A stretch of DNA of 32,000 nt, taken from the NCBI RefSeq assembly GCF_000013905.1, contig NC_007969.1, positions 2,670,001 through 2,702,000 of the forward strand, written 5' to 3'. A program made the translations under genes and the position numbers. The notes beneath the pieces were generated by a model. That model did not search any database. It worked only from the letters and a program-made list of their open reading frames with translations, and was not told the origin of the DNA. Of the stretch, positions 1 through 12,398 are shown one piece after another (position 1 is the stretch's first letter; every line of letters begins with the position of its first letter). The DNA comes from Psychrobacter cryohalolentis K5. GTDB lineage: Bacteria; Pseudomonadota; Gammaproteobacteria; Pseudomonadales; Moraxellaceae.

Positions 1-273
1 CTGCACTTCAGGTGATACTTGCGTACGCTCGATCAGTGCTTCTTCGATATCTAGCAACGTCGGCGTCGTCAGCGTTATATTATAAAAGTGACCAAGCTCT
101 TGTAAAAAAGCTAAAAACGTACCGTATAGATGAAAAATAGCGGTCTCACAATGTGCTTGATATAACTGCTTGTCAGTTGTGTCTGCAGCGGCTTGACAGG
201 CAAGGCGGCAAAAATATAGCTTTTGGTTGGTACGGTCAGCTTGATATTTGGCAACGCGAGTTTTATCTGCCAT
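1..273 (-). CDS. hypothetical protein, N-terminal part only (ORF runs off the left edge of the window)
   Basis: ATG at 271-273 (reverse complement) is preceded by an AAGGAT Shine-Dalgarno. The frame stays open to position 1 and gives MADKTRVAKYQADRTNQKLYFCRLACQAAADTTDKQLYQAHCETAIFHLYGTFLAFLQELGHFYNITLTTPTLLDIEEALIERTQVSPEVQ. It is absent from the ORF track because there is no in-window stop. I do not recognise a family with certainty. Confidence 0.5.
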   Translation of the reverse strand, partial: MADKTRVAKYQADRTNQKLYFCRLACQAAADTTDKQLYQAHCETAIFHLYGTFLAFLQELGHFYNITLTTPTLLDIEEALIERTQVSPEVQ

Positions 274-438
274 ACGCTTATCCTTTTTAGTGAGTACTGC
301 TAAAAATAATCAGAAATTACGAATACTTATGAATACTAGAGCCAAAATCTCTGACTATTTAAGTAATTCGGTTATGCAGTGTACTATTTTATCTTATCAT
401 TTCCCAAGAAAAAACTTGTTGTGATGGAATTTTAAAGC

Positions 439-470
439 AAAAAAAGCCAGCAACTTAGGCTGGCTTTTTT
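439..470 (-). terminator. rho-independent terminator downstream of rpoC (symmetrical A-run/T-run, could act in both directions)
   Basis: GCCAGC (446-451) pairs with GCTGGC (459-464) around a 7-nt loop. A 7-A run lies on the left and a T-run on the right. It sits about 30 nt past the rpoC stop. Confidence 0.65.
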
Positions 471-500
471 ATTTATTCAAATAACTAGACGCTATCTAAT

Positions 501-3500
501 TTAATGATTACCTTGATTCAACTCTTGAGCAAAGGCTTCATCGAAGCTTGCAAAGTCTGTCGCATCAGTCGTTGCTGACATATCAAACGCCGCATTTAAG
601 TCTTTATCTTGCAGTTTTTGCTCTGCTTTTTCTTTACGAGCTTTATGATAAGCAAGACCAGTACCAGCTGGAATCAAGCGACCAACGACTACGTTTTCTT
701 TCAGACCACGTAACTCATCCACTTTACCAGTGACCGCAGCAGCCGTTAGGACACGTGTCGTTTCCTGGAACGATGCGGCTGAGATAAAGCTTTCGGTTGC
801 CAAACTTGCTTTGGTAATACCAAGTAATTGACGTTCAAACTGAACTGGAAATTTGTCTTCCGCTTCTAGCTTGGCATTCAATGCTTTGATATCAGCATAT
901 TCTACTTGATCACCTTTAAAGTGGTTTGAATCGCCACCATCAGTAATCTCAACTTTACGCAACATCTGACGAATGATAACTTCGATGTGCTTGTCATTGA
1001 TTTTTACGCCCTGCAGACGATAAACGTCCTGTACTTCGTTAACGATATAGTCAGCAAGCGCAGTTTGTCCTTTCAGACGTAAGATGTCATGCGGATTCTG
1101 TGGACCATCAGCAATAACCTCACCACGAGCAACAGTTTCGTTTTCGAAGACGTTAATCTGACGCCATTTCGGGATTAGCTCTTCATGAATCTCGCCATCT
1201 TCATTAGTAATAATGAAGCGATTTTTACCTTTGGTTTCTTTACCAAAGCTAACAACACCCGTCATTTCAGCCATGATAGCGTGATCTTTTGGACGACGTG
1301 CTTCGAATAAATCAGCTACACGTGGCAGACCACCGGTAATATCTTTGGTACCTGAAGACGCTTGTGGTACACGACCTAGAATCGAACCGGCTGCAACTTT
1401 CTCACCGTCGCTAACACGAATGATAGTTTCAGCAGGTAAGAAATAAACGACTTCTTTACCTTCGTCTGTGTTCAAGATAATCGCCGGACGTAAGTCTTTT
1501 GCTGAGCTTGACCGATCTCGAGTAGCTAGAATCTCAAACGAGCTCATACCAGTCGCATCATCAACTTTTACGGTAGCAGTTAAGCCATCAGTGATTTCAC
1601 TGAAACGTGCGGTACCCGCGAATTCTGTAATAATAGGATGCGTGTGCGGATCCCACTTAGCGATGGTTTGACCGCCTTCAACTTGGTCTTCATTTTTCAC
1701 AAGAACGCTTGAACCATAAGGTACTTTATAACGCTCACGCTCACGACCAAGCTCGTCAGTCAAGGCGATTTCAGCTGAACGCGATACGATAACCAAATGA
1801 CCATCGGTATGCTGTACAGTCTTCATGTTTTCAAAATGCGCTTGACCAGCACTACGAACTGAAATGCTGTTGTCCACAGAAGCAGAACTTGCCGCTCCAC
1901 CAACGTGGAAAGTACGCATGGTCAACTGAGTACCAGGCTCACCGATAGACTGCGCCGCCATAACACCAACAGACTCGCCGATATTCACTTTATGACCACG
2001 AGCAAGGTCACGACCATAGCACTGTGAACAAACGCCATGTTCGATATTACAAGTAATCACTGAACGTACCCAGATATCATCGATTGCATTGTTATCTAGT
2101 ACTTTAACCCAATGCTCATCGATCAACGTACCCGCTGGAATCAAGATTTTTTCAGCATTATCGTTATAAGTGACATCACGTGCTGTTACACGACCTAGTA
2201 CTAGCTCGCCTAACTTCTCAATGATTTCACCACCTTGGATATGTGGCTTCATTAGCAAACCTTGCTCAGTACCACAGTCATCACTGGTAATAACCAAATC
2301 TTGTGCTACGTCAACCAAACGACGCGTCAAGTAACCTGAGTTAGCTGTTTTCAATGCCGTATCCGCAAGACCTTTACGCGCACCATGCGTTGAGATAAAG
2401 TACTGAAGTACGGTCAAACCTTCACGGAAGTTAGCTTTAATCGGTGTTTCAATGATTGAGCCATCTGGCTTAGCCATTAAACCACGCATACCAGCAAGCT
2501 GACGAATCTGAGCCGCACTACCACGAGCACCAGAATCTGACATAATAAAGATAGAGTTAAATGACTTCTGCTCTTCTTCTTCACCTTTGGCGTTGATAAT
2601 TTTATCAGTCGCTAAGTTGTCCATCATCGCTTTAGCGACTTTGTCATTGGTACGTGACCAAATATCGACCACTTTATTATAACGCTCACCAGCCGTTACA
2701 AAGCCTTGCTCAAACTGGTCTTCAATTTCACGCACTTCAGCTTCAGCGACTTCGATGATTTGCTTTTTCAGTGGTGGAATAACCATGTCATCGATACCGA
2801 TAGACACACCAGATAGTGTCGCTTGTGCAAAACCAAGATACATCAATTGGTCAGCAAACATAACACTTTCTTTTACGCCCACTTTACGGTAGCAAGAGTT
2901 GATCAATTTAGAGATATTCTTCTTAGTCATCTCTTCATTACATTCGTCAAACGACATACCAACAGGCATGATGTTCCAGATTAACAAACGACCAGCAACA
3001 GTATCTTTGATACTCGTCTCTTTAGTACGATTGCCATCATCATCAATATGCGTTTCAGTGACACGAACTTTAATCTTGGCGTTAACATGTAAATCGTTTG
3101 AACCAATTGCACGCAATGCTTCATTAACGGTGGCAAAAATCATGCCCTCGCCTTTGGCATTTACTGACGAGCGGCTGATGTAATACAATCCCAATACAAC
3201 ATCCTGTGATGGTACGATGATTGGCTCACCGTTCGCAGGAGACAAGATGTTGTTGGTCGACATCATGAGCGCACGAGATTCAAGCTGAGCTTCTAGTGTC
3301 AATGGCACGTGAACGGCCATTTGGTCACCATCAAAGTCGGCGTTGAATGCGGTACAAACTAGAGGATGGAGCTGAATCGCTTTACCTTCGATTAGTACTG
3401 GCTCAAATGCCTGTAGACCCAAACGGTGAAGCGTTGGCGCACGGTTCAAGAGTACTGGATGCTCACGGATAACCATGGCCAGCATATCCCACACTTGTGG

Positions 3501-4721
3501 CTCTTCACGCTCTACCATCTTTTTGGCAGCTTTAATCGTTGTCGCCAAACCATGAGACAATAGTTTGTTATAAGTAAATGGCTTGAACAATTCAAGTGCC
3601 ATTTTCTTTGGTAGACCACACTGATGTAGACGTAGGGTTGGACCAACAACGATCACCGAACGACCAGAATAATCAACACGTTTACCTAGTAAGTTTTGAC
3701 GGAAACGACCTTGCTTACCTTTGATCATATCAGCCAAAGACTTCAATGGACGCTTGTTACTACCAGTAATAGCTCGACCGCGGCGACCGTTATCAAGCAA
3801 GGCATCTACTGATTCTTGCAACATACGTTTTTCGTTACGTACGATGATATCAGGAGCGCTTAGCTCAAGTAGGCGCTTTAGACGGTTATTACGGTTAATA
3901 ACACGGCGATATAAATCGTTCAAATCTGATGTTGCGAAACGACCGCCTTCTAGTGGTACTAGCGGACGCAAATCTGGTGGTAATACTGGTAAGATATTCA
4001 TTACCATCCACTCAGGCTTGTTATTAGAATCACGGAATGCTTCTAATAATTTAAGACGCTTAGACATCTTTTTAAGCTTGGTTTCAGAACCCGTTTGCGG
4101 AATCGCTTCACGTAGCTCATCAATCTCTAAATCTAAATCGATATCTTTTAAAAGGTCTTGAACCGCTTCAGCACCCATTTTTGCAGTAAATTCATCGCCA
4201 AATTCTTCAAGGGCTTTATAATAATCTTCGTCATCAAGCAGCTGATACTTCTCTAAAGAGGTCAGACCTGGCTCAGTCACGATGTAGCTTTCAAAATACA
4301 AAACGCGTTCGATATCACGAAGTGTCATGTCTAGCAATAGACCGATGCGGCTTGGCAATGATTTTAAGAACCAAATATGCGCAACAGGGCTCGCTAAATC
4401 GATATGACCCATGCGGTCACGACGAACTTTAGCAGTAGTGACTTCAACGCCACATTTTTCACAGATAACGCCTTGGAACTTACGACGCTTGTATTTACCA
4501 CATAAACATTCAAAATCTTTTACTGGACCAAAAATTTTGGCACAAAAAAGACCATCACGCTCAGGTTTGAACGTACGGTAGTTAATGGTTTCAGGTTTTT
4601 TTACTTCACCATGCGACCATGACTTAATAACGTCAGGCGATGCCAAGGTAATTTGGATGCTATCAAACTCATGGTTACCATTGCTGGTAGGGCTTTGCAT
4701 GATATCGAGTAAATCTTTCAA
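501..4721 (-). CDS. rpoC: DNA-directed RNA polymerase subunit beta-prime
   Basis: 1406-aa ORF. The N-terminus MKDLLDIM...[41 protein letters not shown] contains the zinc-binding CxC...CxxC, and the catalytic [12 protein letters not shown] motif is present. The start codon is TTG (4719-4721), with GGAGAA 7 nt upstream. The conserved MKDLL N-terminus supports this non-ATG start. Confidence 0.98.
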
Positions 4722-4872
4722 GTTGCTTCTCCGTTATCTTTATAATCATCTGACAGCGTATTATGAGCGCGGCCACGATGAATGAAGGCAATGAATAGGG
4801 TTGAGACAAATTACTAAAAGCAGCAGCAATGAGCATACTGCCTTTAGTTGACAACTAAGTTAAACAACGGAT

Positions 4873-7800
4873 TTAGTTGCTTTGTTTTAACTCAATATTG
4901 ATACCCAGTGATTTGATTTCTTTGGTCAATACGTTAAACGATTCAGGCATACCTGGATCCATATATTGCTCACCATCGACGATGTTTTTGTACATACGCG
5001 TACGGCCTTCAACGTCATCCGACTTCACAGTCAGCATCTCTTGTAGCGTATATGTCGCGCCGTAAGCTTCTAGTGCCCAGACTTCCATCTCACCGAAGCG
5101 CTGACCACCAAACTGAGCTTTACCACCGAGTGGCTGCTGCGTCACTAGTGAGTAAGAACCAGTTGAACGCGCATGCATTTTGTCGTCAACCAAATGGTTA
5201 AGTTTGAGCATGTACATATAACCGACCGTTACTTTGCGGTCAAACTTCTGACCAGTACGACCATCATACAACGTCTGTTGACCATCGCGATCCATACCAG
5301 CAAGCTCTAACAGATCTTTAACTTGGCTTTCTCTTGCGCCGTCAAATACTGCTGTGCCCATTGGTACACCAGCACGCAAGTTGTCTGCTAGCGCCATGAT
5401 GTCATCATCACTCAAGCTATCAAGATCAACTTGCTCACCGCCGACTTGGTTATAGATTTTATCTAAGAAGTCACGTAAGTCTTTGATCGCTGCTTGCGAT
5501 TTGAGCATACCATCGATCTTCTCGCCCAAGCCTTTCGCTGCCATACCCAAATGCGTTTCTAGGACCTGACCGATGTTCATACGAGACGGTACACCAAGCG
5601 GGTTCAAGACGATGTCAACGGTATTACCATTTTCATCATAAGGCATATCTTCGACTGGCATAATGCGCGATACAACACCTTTGTTACCATGACGACCAGC
5701 CATTTTATCACCAGGCTGAATACGACGCTTAACCGCTAGATATACCTTAACGATTTTTTGTACGCCATGTTGTAAGTCATCACCAGCGGTTAGTTTGCGT
5801 TTTTTCTCAGCAAACTTCACATCGATATCTTTTTGCTTATCAACCAAATACTCAGCGATTTGCGTTAGACGCTCAGAGATTTCTTCTTCAACAGGCTGAA
5901 TATCAAGCAAAGTCTCAAGGCTCATATCTTTCATATCAGCCAATGCCATCACTGTACCGGCTTTTAGACCAGAACCACCGCTGACTTTTTGACCATCTAA
6001 TAAGTTACCAATACGACCACGAGCCGCTTCTTCAAAGATACGTAGCTCTTCTTTTAAATCTTTACGATAGCTATCAAGCTGTGATTTTTCAATCGCTCTT
6101 GCACGTGCATCTTTTTCAACGCCGTCACGGGTAAAGACTTGAACGTCAATAACCGTACCTTTGCTTGATGTTGGAACACGCAAAGACGTGTCTTTAACAT
6201 CAGCGGCTTTTTCACCAAAGATAGCCCGGAGGAGTTTCTCTTCTGGCGTTAGTTGTGTTTCACCTTTTGGCGTCACTTTACCAACTAAGATATCACCAGC
6301 GTCAACTTCAGCACCGATATAAACGATACCCGCTTCATCAAGGCTTGATAGAGCTGCTTCGCCAACGTTTGGAATATCCGCAGTAATCTCTTCGGTTCCA
6401 AGCTTGGTATCACGTGCCACACAAGTCAATTCTTGGATATGAATAGTAGTGAAACGATCTTCTTTAACCACTTTTTCAGACAGCAAGATTGAATCTTCGA
6501 AGTTGTAACCATTCCACGGCATAAATGCGATGCGGATGTTCTGACCCAATGCCAACTCACCAAGATCCGTCGACGGACCATCGGCCAATATATCGCCTAC
6601 AGCAATAGCATCGCCTTGGTTAACAATAATACGTTGGTTGATACAAGTGTTTTGGTTAGAACGCGTATATTTAACTAAGTTATAGATATCTATACCGGCT
6701 TCACCAGCAATCATCTCATCTTCATTTACACGAACCACAACACGTGAGGCATCAACGTCTTCGATTACACCGCCACGCTTAGCAATAACACAAACACCAG
6801 AATCACGAGCAACGTGACGCTCCATACCGGTACCTACTAATGGCTTATCAGCACGTAGCGTAGGAACTGCCTGACGCTGCATGTTTGAGCCCATCAAGGC
6901 ACGGTTAGCATCATCATGCTCTAGGAATGGAATCAGACCAGCGGCTACAGATACAACCTGACTTGGCGACACATCCATATGCGTCACTTTTTCTGGCGGC
7001 ATACGGACGAATTCACCATAGCTACGGACACTAACCATTTCATCAGATAACGCGCCATCGGCAGTTACTGGTGAATCAGCCTGTGCAATGACCGTACCGA
7101 CTTCTTCAATCGCTGACAGATATTCAATAACGTCCGTTACTTTACCATCAACTACACGGCGATAAGGTGTTTCCAAAAAGCCAAAGCTGTTGGTTTTAGC
7201 AAAAGTCGCTAATGAGTTAATCAAACCAATGTTTGGACCTTCAGGAGTCTCAATCGGACATACGCGACCATAATGGGTATCATGTACGTCACGTACTTCA
7301 AAGCCTGCACGCTCACGGGTCAGACCACCGGGTCCTAATGCAGACACACGGCGTTTATGCGTGACTTCAGACAATGGATTATTCTGATCCATAAACTGCG
7401 ATAACTGGCTCGAGCCAAAGAATTCTTTGACCGCCGCAGCAACAGGTTTTGAGTTAATCAAATCTTGTGGCGATAAGTTATCAGATTCTGCTGAGCTTAA
7501 ACGCTCTTTAACCGCACGCTCAACACGTACTAGGCCAACACGAAATTGGTTTTCTGCCATCTCGCCTACTGAACGAATGCGACGGTTACCTAAATGGTCA
7601 ATATCATCGACTTCACCGCGACCATTACGAATCTCGATAAGCTCTTTTAGAACGTTAACGATATCGGCATTGGTCAATACGCTACGTTCACGCTGAATAT
7701 CAGCGTCATCGGTATCTACAAAATCAAGACCTAAACGACGGTTAAACTTCATACGACCGACATTTGATAAGTCATAACGATCCGCGTTAAAGAACATGCT

Positions 7801-8991
7801 GTCAAAAAGTTTCTCAGCAGTTTCAACCGTTGGTGGCTCACCTGGGCGCATGACTTTATAAATTTCAATTAAAGCTTCTTCACGGCTTGACGTGCTATCA
7901 GCACGTAGCGTATCGGCAATGTAACTACCTTGGTCGATATCGTTGGTAAACAGAATACTAAATTCTTTAATAGATTCACTGGCTTCAAACGCACTTAATT
8001 TAACCAATAATTCATGGTCAATCAGCGTGTTAGCACGAGCAATAACTTCATCATTAACGATGATGTCTTCGGCTAAAATGCGCTCATATAAGTATTCATC
8101 AGGAATCGAGATTTTAGTCATACCCGCTTCTTCAAGCTGACGGATACGGCGAGCATTAATACGTTTGCCCTGCTCAACAACCACGTCACCTGCAGGCGTC
8201 ACGATATCGAACTGTGCCATCTCGCCACGTAAGCGATCGGCAACCAGATCAATCTCGAACTGCTCTTCGCCTTTATAAACTCGCACTTTATCAAAGAATA
8301 AATCTAAGATCTCAGAAGTGCTTAAGCCTAAAGCGCGTAAAATAATAGACGCCAATAACTTACGACGACGGTCAATACGAGCAAAAACCAAGTCTTTAGC
8401 ATCGAACTCAAAATCTAACCATGAACCACGGTAAGGAATGATACGCGCGTTATAAAGCACCTTACCACTTGAGTGCGACTTACCTTTATCATGGTCAAAG
8501 AACACACCAGGTGAACGATGTAGCTGAGATACGATTACACGCTCAGTACCGTTAATAATAAAGGTACCGTTAGCAGTCATAAGTGGCATCTCGCCCATAT
8601 AGACGCTTTGCTCACGGATATCTTTAATAGCCGCTTTGCTGTCTTTATCTTTGCTGTCTTTGTCTTTGATGATTAAGCGAATTTTAACACGCATAGGCGC
8701 AGCAAATGTCGAACCACGTAAGATACACTCACGCTCATCAAATTCAGGCGTACCTAAATAGTATTCAACGAATTGTAGCTCTGCGTTACCAGAGTGACTC
8801 TCAATTGGGAAAATAGAAGAGTATGCAGCTTGCAAGCCAGTATTCTCACGAGCTTTTGGCTTTTTATGCTCTTGCAAAAATTGCTCATAAGAATCTACTT
8901 GGATAGACAACAAATAGGGAATGTCCATCACAGTAGGCAATTCAGCAAAACTTTTGCGAATACGCTTTTTTTCAGTATAAGAATATGCCAT
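4873..8991 (-). CDS. rpoB: DNA-directed RNA polymerase subunit beta
   Basis: 1372-aa ORF starting [15 protein letters not shown], with [18 protein letters not shown] and the rifampicin-cluster region [43 protein letters not shown]. Confidence 0.98.
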   Translation of the reverse strand: MAYSYTEKKRIRKSFAELPTVMDIPYLLSIQVDSYEQFLQEHKKPKARENTGLQAAYSSIFPIESHSGNAELQFVEYYLGTPEFDERECILRGSTFAAPMRVKIRLIIKDKDSKDKDSKAAIKDIREQSVYMGEMPLMTANGTFIINGTERVIVSQLHRSPGVFFDHDKGKSHSSGKVLYNARIIPYRGSWLDFEFDAKDLVFARIDRRRKLLASIILRALGLSTSEILDLFFDKVRVYKGEEQFEIDLVADRLRGEMAQFDIVTPAGDVVVEQGKRINARRIRQLEEAGMTKISIPDEYLYERILAEDIIVNDEVIARANTLIDHELLVKLSAFEASESIKEFSILFTNDIDQGSYIADTLRADSTSSREEALIEIYKVMRPGEPPTVETAEKLFDSMFFNADRYDLSNVGRMKFNRRLGLDFVDTDDADIQRERSVLTNADIVNVLKELIEIRNGRGEVDDIDHLGNRRIRSVGEMAENQFRVGLVRVERAVKERLSSAESDNLSPQDLINSKPVAAAVKEFFGSSQLSQFMDQNNPLSEVTHKRRVSALGPGGLTRERAGFEVRDVHDTHYGRVCPIETPEGPNIGLINSLATFAKTNSFGFLETPYRRVVDGKVTDVIEYLSAIEEVGTVIAQADSPVTADGALSDEMVSVRSYGEFVRMPPEKVTHMDVSPSQVVSVAAGLIPFLEHDDANRALMGSNMQRQAVPTLRADKPLVGTGMERHVARDSGVCVIAKRGGVIEDVDASRVVVRVNEDEMIAGEAGIDIYNLVKYTRSNQNTCINQRIIVNQGDAIAVGDILADGPSTDLGELALGQNIRIAFMPWNGYNFEDSILLSEKVVKEDRFTTIHIQELTCVARDTKLGTEEITADIPNVGEAALSSLDEAGIVYIGAEVDAGDILVGKVTPKGETQLTPEEKLLRAIFGEKAADVKDTSLRVPTSSKGTVIDVQVFTRDGVEKDARARAIEKSQLDSYRKDLKEELRIFEEAARGRIGNLLDGQKVSGGSGLKAGTVMALADMKDMSLETLLDIQPVEEEISERLTQIAEYLVDKQKDIDVKFAEKKRKLTAGDDLQHGVQKIVKVYLAVKRRIQPGDKMAGRHGNKGVVSRIMPVEDMPYDENGNTVDIVLNPLGVPSRMNIGQVLETHLGMAAKGLGEKIDGMLKSQAAIKDLRDFLDKIYNQVGGEQVDLDSLSDDDIMALADNLRAGVPMGTAVFDGARESQVKDLLELAGMDRDGQQTLYDGRTGQKFDRKVTVGYMYMLKLNHLVDDKMHARSTGSYSLVTQQPLGGKAQFGGQRFGEMEVWALEAYGATYTLQEMLTVKSDDVEGRTRMYKNIVDGEQYMDPGMPESFNVLTKEIKSLGINIELKQSN

Positions 8992-9688
8992 CGAGAGTCC
9001 TTACAGTAAACGTGGAAACAAATTAAAATCGCGGCTGGCGTGCATAAATACTATGCAAACTAAGCGACGTAAACGATAATATAAAACAGGTGTTCTTTTT
9101 AAAGCACAGTTAATCTTTTTAAGGCGTTGTATCAATTACTATCTTAACAATCAGTGCTTGCTTTGCACTCTAAATACGATCTTGCTATCGTCATTTAAGT
9201 CAGCCTATATGACTGCTCAGAGCGAAAAATTCAATCTTAAAGTGTTGGCAATATGTCACTTTTAAAGATTAAGTGACAGTTGCTTTATCTAAATATAAAT
9301 GCGACTAACATTGTGTATAAACGATTTAACATCCAAACTGGTTACTGCCAAAATCAATATCGTCGCTGATGTATACCGTCTACGAGCCTATATACTGACA
9401 GTAAAATCACGCTAGAAAGCTTATTCAATAGTTTTTGATTAGTAATAAATAGGACAATTATAATGCTTATAAATAATAATATTCAGAGTCAATATAAGCG
9501 ATAATGTTAATAGAAAACGTGCAGACACAAAAAAATGCCAAACATCTATTGACGTTTAGCCACATTATCTGATTTCAATAACTACTAAGTGTGCTTGCAT
9601 GTATATCGTCTGTCCTTTTGATGGGTATCCACCGTGTTGTTGCTTACGACTGTTGGCAGACACAAAAGGTCAAGCTACGAATTATAGT

Positions 9689-9728
9689 AAAAAAAAGCTG
9701 ATAATGCAAGGCATTACCAGCTTTTTTT
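9689..9728 (-). terminator. strong intrinsic terminator/attenuator just downstream of rplL
   Basis: On the minus strand AGCUGGUAAUGC-CUU-GCAUUAUCAGCU forms a 12-bp stem with one G-U, which would be an A-C mismatch on the plus strand. A U8 run follows. It starts about 20 nt after the rplL stop. E. coli has an rplL-rpoB attenuator at the equivalent place. Confidence 0.7.
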
Positions 9729-9743
9729 CGTACTGCCGTTAAA

Positions 9744-10115
9744 CTATTTTAGTTCAACAGTTGCACCAGCTTCTTCAAGTTTCTTTTTCAACTCTTCAGC
9801 TTCAGCTTTGTTAACGCCTTCTTTGATTGGAGCTGGAGCGCTTTCAACCAAATCTTTCGCTTCTTTCAGGCCAAGACCAGTAGCTTCACGTACGGCTTTA
9901 ATTACGCCAACTTTCTTCTCGCCAAAGCTGGCAAGAACTACGTCAAACTCGTCTTTTTCTTCAGCAGCAGCAGCAGCAGGACCAGCAGCAGCAGGTGCAG
10001 CAGCAACAGCAGCTGTTACGCCGAATTTTTCTTCCATAGCGCTGATTAATTCAACGATATCCATTACTGACATTTCAGCGATTGCGTTTAACACGTCATC
10101 TTTAGATAGTGCCAT
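9744..10115 (-). CDS. rplL: 50S ribosomal protein L7/L12
   Basis: 123 aa. Ala/Pro hinge [19 protein letters not shown] and C-terminal domain [24 protein letters not shown]...[25 protein letters not shown]. Confidence 0.97.
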
Positions 10116-10241
10116 GAGAACTCTCCGTTATCTGATAAAAATTAATTGATTTTAAAATCGCTTGGATTGCTTGCCAAATTTTCAAATAGTGTTGGCAATA
10201 AAGTGCAATCGGCGATGTCAAAGTTACGTTAAAACAAGCAA

Positions 10242-10769
10242 TTAAGCAGCTTCTTTTGCGTCTTTGATTGCTGCAACAGTGCGAACGAACTTGCCAGGAA
10301 CTGCGTTCATAGTCTGGACAAGCTTGGTCACTGGTGCATTCATAGTAGCCATCAAGATAGAGATTGCTTCGTCGCGAGTTGGTAGCTTCGATACGCGCTC
10401 TAGCTCTTCTGGACCATAAACAACACCACCAACTGATACCAATTTGGTCTCTAAAGCTTTGTGATCTTTGCTGAAGTCAAAAATGACTCGAGCGGCAGAT
10501 CCCAAATCTTCCATAGAGAAAGCCAAAAGTAATGGACCAGTCATACGGTCTGACATGCTCTCAAATTTAGTGCCTTCAAACGCACGTTTTGCTAGGGTAT
10601 TTTTTACCACTTTTAAAACGACGCCTTTTTCACGGGCTTGTTCGCGTAGCTTAGTAAGCTTTGCAACACCAATACCATGATATTCGGCAGCTACTGCTGA
10701 GTAAGCATTAGCAGCAACTTCAGACACTTCAGCCACAACTTGTTGTTTTTGCTCTAGCGTTAATGCCAT
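10242..10769 (-). CDS. rplJ: 50S ribosomal protein L10
   Basis: 175 aa starting MALTLEQKQQVVAEVSEVA. Position immediately upstream of rplL. AAGGAG RBS. Confidence 0.95.
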   Translation of the reverse strand: MALTLEQKQQVVAEVSEVAANAYSAVAAEYHGIGVAKLTKLREQAREKGVVLKVVKNTLAKRAFEGTKFESMSDRMTGPLLLAFSMEDLGSAARVIFDFSKDHKALETKLVSVGGVVYGPEELERVSKLPTRDEAISILMATMNAPVTKLVQTMNAVPGKFVRTVAAIKDAKEAA

Positions 10770-11173
10770 AAGTTGACTCCTTTAATCTAATCAATCATCC
10801 TGTAATCTAAATCACAAACTAAGATTGACTTGATACGACACGTTACGAGTTATATTTATTAAAAACAAATGTACTCATAACGACTGATTACGGCACCGTT
10901 ATCAGAATGACATCAAGTGATAGGTTGCCCTATCGGCTCTTATCAACAACTGGGTGGGCCACCGTCTGCGTAGGACAATTAAGATTTTCATCTGTCATCG
11001 ATTAACAACAGCAGCTCAATGTAATGAATTTTGATCTACAAGAGTCATAATCCATTTTACCAAACCGCTGTCTACCTACGGTCTTAGACAGCATAGCGTT
11101 TGCTACGCTGACCTAATTCTTTAAAATATTTTGTCCCATTATTCAAAATCGTTGAATAACAGATCATACTTAA
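10770..11173 (-). promoter_or_regulatory. long rplJ leader (candidate L10-L12 autoregulatory leader plus rplJL promoter)
   Basis: 404-bp non-coding spacer between rplA and rplJ with several minus-strand hairpins, for example GCTGTCTA-N10-TAGACAGC near 11068-11093 and TTATTCAA-N5-TTGAATAA at 11140-11160. E. coli has a similarly long leader that binds L10(L12)4. No motif-level match was verified. Confidence 0.4.
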
Positions 11174-11875
11174 TTATTTCGCTGTGCGGTATGGAACTGG
11201 ATCGATACTTAGACCAGGACCCATGGTGCTAGACAAGGTGATTTTCTTAATGAAAGTACCTTTAGAAGTAGCAGGCTTAGCACGTCTCAAATCTGAAATA
11301 AGTGCTTCAGCATTCTGGATTACTTGTTCAGCAGTAAAACCAACTTGACCGATAGTCGTGTGAATAATACCTGCTTTGTCTACACGATACTGTGCTTGAC
11401 CAGCTTTAGCGTTAAGAACGGCTTCAGCAACGTTAGGCGTAACCGTACCGACTTTAGGGTTAGGCATTAGACCACGTGGGCCTAAGATAGTACCTAATTG
11501 ACCAACAACGCGCATTGCATCAGGAGCAGCGATAACCACATCAAAGTCCATGTTACCGGCTTTGATTGATTCTGCTAGGTCTTCAAAACCAACGATGTCA
11601 GCACCAGCTTCTTTGGCAGCTTCAGCAGCAGCACCTTGAGCAAATACAGCAACGCGTTTGGTTTTACCAGTACCCGCAGGTAGGTTAGTTGCGCCACGTA
11701 CAACTTGATCAGATTTACGTGGGTCAACGCCCAAGTTTACAGCGATATCAATAGACTCTTTAAATTTAAGAGCTGGCAAATCGTTTAGGATTTGAACCGC
11801 TTCTTCGATAGTATATTGTTTTTCGTGCTCAATACGGCTGTTGATTTCTTTTTGACGCTTAGTAAGTTTACTCAT
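11174..11875 (-). CDS. rplA: 50S ribosomal protein L1
   Basis: 233 aa starting [10 protein letters not shown]...[26 protein letters not shown]. The ATG directly abuts the rplK stop codon (no spacer), with a GGAGGG RBS inside the end of rplK. Confidence 0.96.
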   Translation of the reverse strand: MSKLTKRQKEINSRIEHEKQYTIEEAVQILNDLPALKFKESIDIAVNLGVDPRKSDQVVRGATNLPAGTGKTKRVAVFAQGAAAEAAKEAGADIVGFEDLAESIKAGNMDFDVVIAAPDAMRVVGQLGTILGPRGLMPNPKVGTVTPNVAEAVLNAKAGQAQYRVDKAGIIHTTIGQVGFTAEQVIQNAEALISDLRRAKPATSKGTFIKKITLSSTMGPGLSIDPVPYRTAK

Positions 11876-12307
11876 TTACACACCCTCCACGGTAATACCC
11901 ATTGAACGTGCAGTACCAGCGATGGTACGAACAGCAGCATCAAGATCAGCAGCAGTTAAATCTGCATCTTTAGTCTTAACGATGTCTTCTAACTGAGCAC
12001 GGTCAACTTTACCGACTTTAGCGGTATTAGGTGTACCAGAACCTTTAGCAATACCAGCAGCCTTACGCAAAAGGTAAGCAGCTGGTGGTGACTTCATGAT
12101 GAAGGTAAAAGACTTATCGCTGTATACAGTGATCTCAGTAGGAATCGGTAAACCCGGCTCTTGGTTTGAGGTCGCAGCGTTAAATTCTTTACAGAACGCC
12201 ATGATGTTCACGCCTTTTTGACCCAATGCTGGACCAATCGGTGGTGAAGGATTTGCTTTGCCTGCAGGCACTTGCAGTTTGATGTAACCATCAATCTTCT
12301 TAGCCAT
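11876..12307 (-). CDS. rplK: 50S ribosomal protein L11
   Basis: 143 aa starting [52 protein letters not shown]. Confidence 0.97.
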   Translation of the reverse strand: MAKKIDGYIKLQVPAGKANPSPPIGPALGQKGVNIMAFCKEFNAATSNQEPGLPIPTEITVYSDKSFTFIMKSPPAAYLLRKAAGIAKGSGTPNTAKVGKVDRAQLEDIVKTKDADLTAADLDAAVRTIAGTARSMGITVEGV

Positions 12308-12398
12308 GATACTCTCCTAAATGGGTAATAGCGCCAAATCAATCTGGTATAAACCTTATTGACTAACAGCTCCCCGGTTGATGAACTTTTTTGCTGAT

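Noticed and set aside
548-4785. Plus-strand ORFs of 61-146 aa inside or overlapping rpoC (548-733, 1468-1671, 2899-3183, 3721-4161, 4585-4785)
   Set aside because: All are antisense shadows of a highly conserved 1406-aa gene. They have no RBS and odd Ser/Leu/Arg-rich composition typical of the opposite strand of coding DNA.
4844-4858. TTAGTTG-A-CAACTAA palindrome 12 nt downstream of the rpoB stop
   Set aside because: The 7-bp AT-rich arms with a 1-nt centre cannot form a stable hairpin. It is probably chance in an AT-rich spacer.
4877-9009. Plus-strand ORFs of 62-89 aa antisense to rpoB (4877-5065, 7427-7696, 7943-8140, 8794-9009)
   Set aside because: Same reasoning: shadow ORFs within rpoB with no independent signals.
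9521-9667. 12-nt direct repeat GCAGACACAAAA (9521-9532 and 9656-9667) as possible ends of a MITE
   Set aside because: The repeats are direct, not inverted. There is no target-site duplication or terminal inverted repeat, and a single 12-mer pair in 750 bp is weak evidence. It is mentioned under the spacer finding only.
9808-10149. 113-aa plus-strand ORF antisense to rplL, and the 70-aa ORF at 10468-10680 antisense to rplJ
   Set aside because: This is a mirror image of the GC-rich Ala codon run of the L7/L12 hinge, which keeps the antisense frame open. No RBS.
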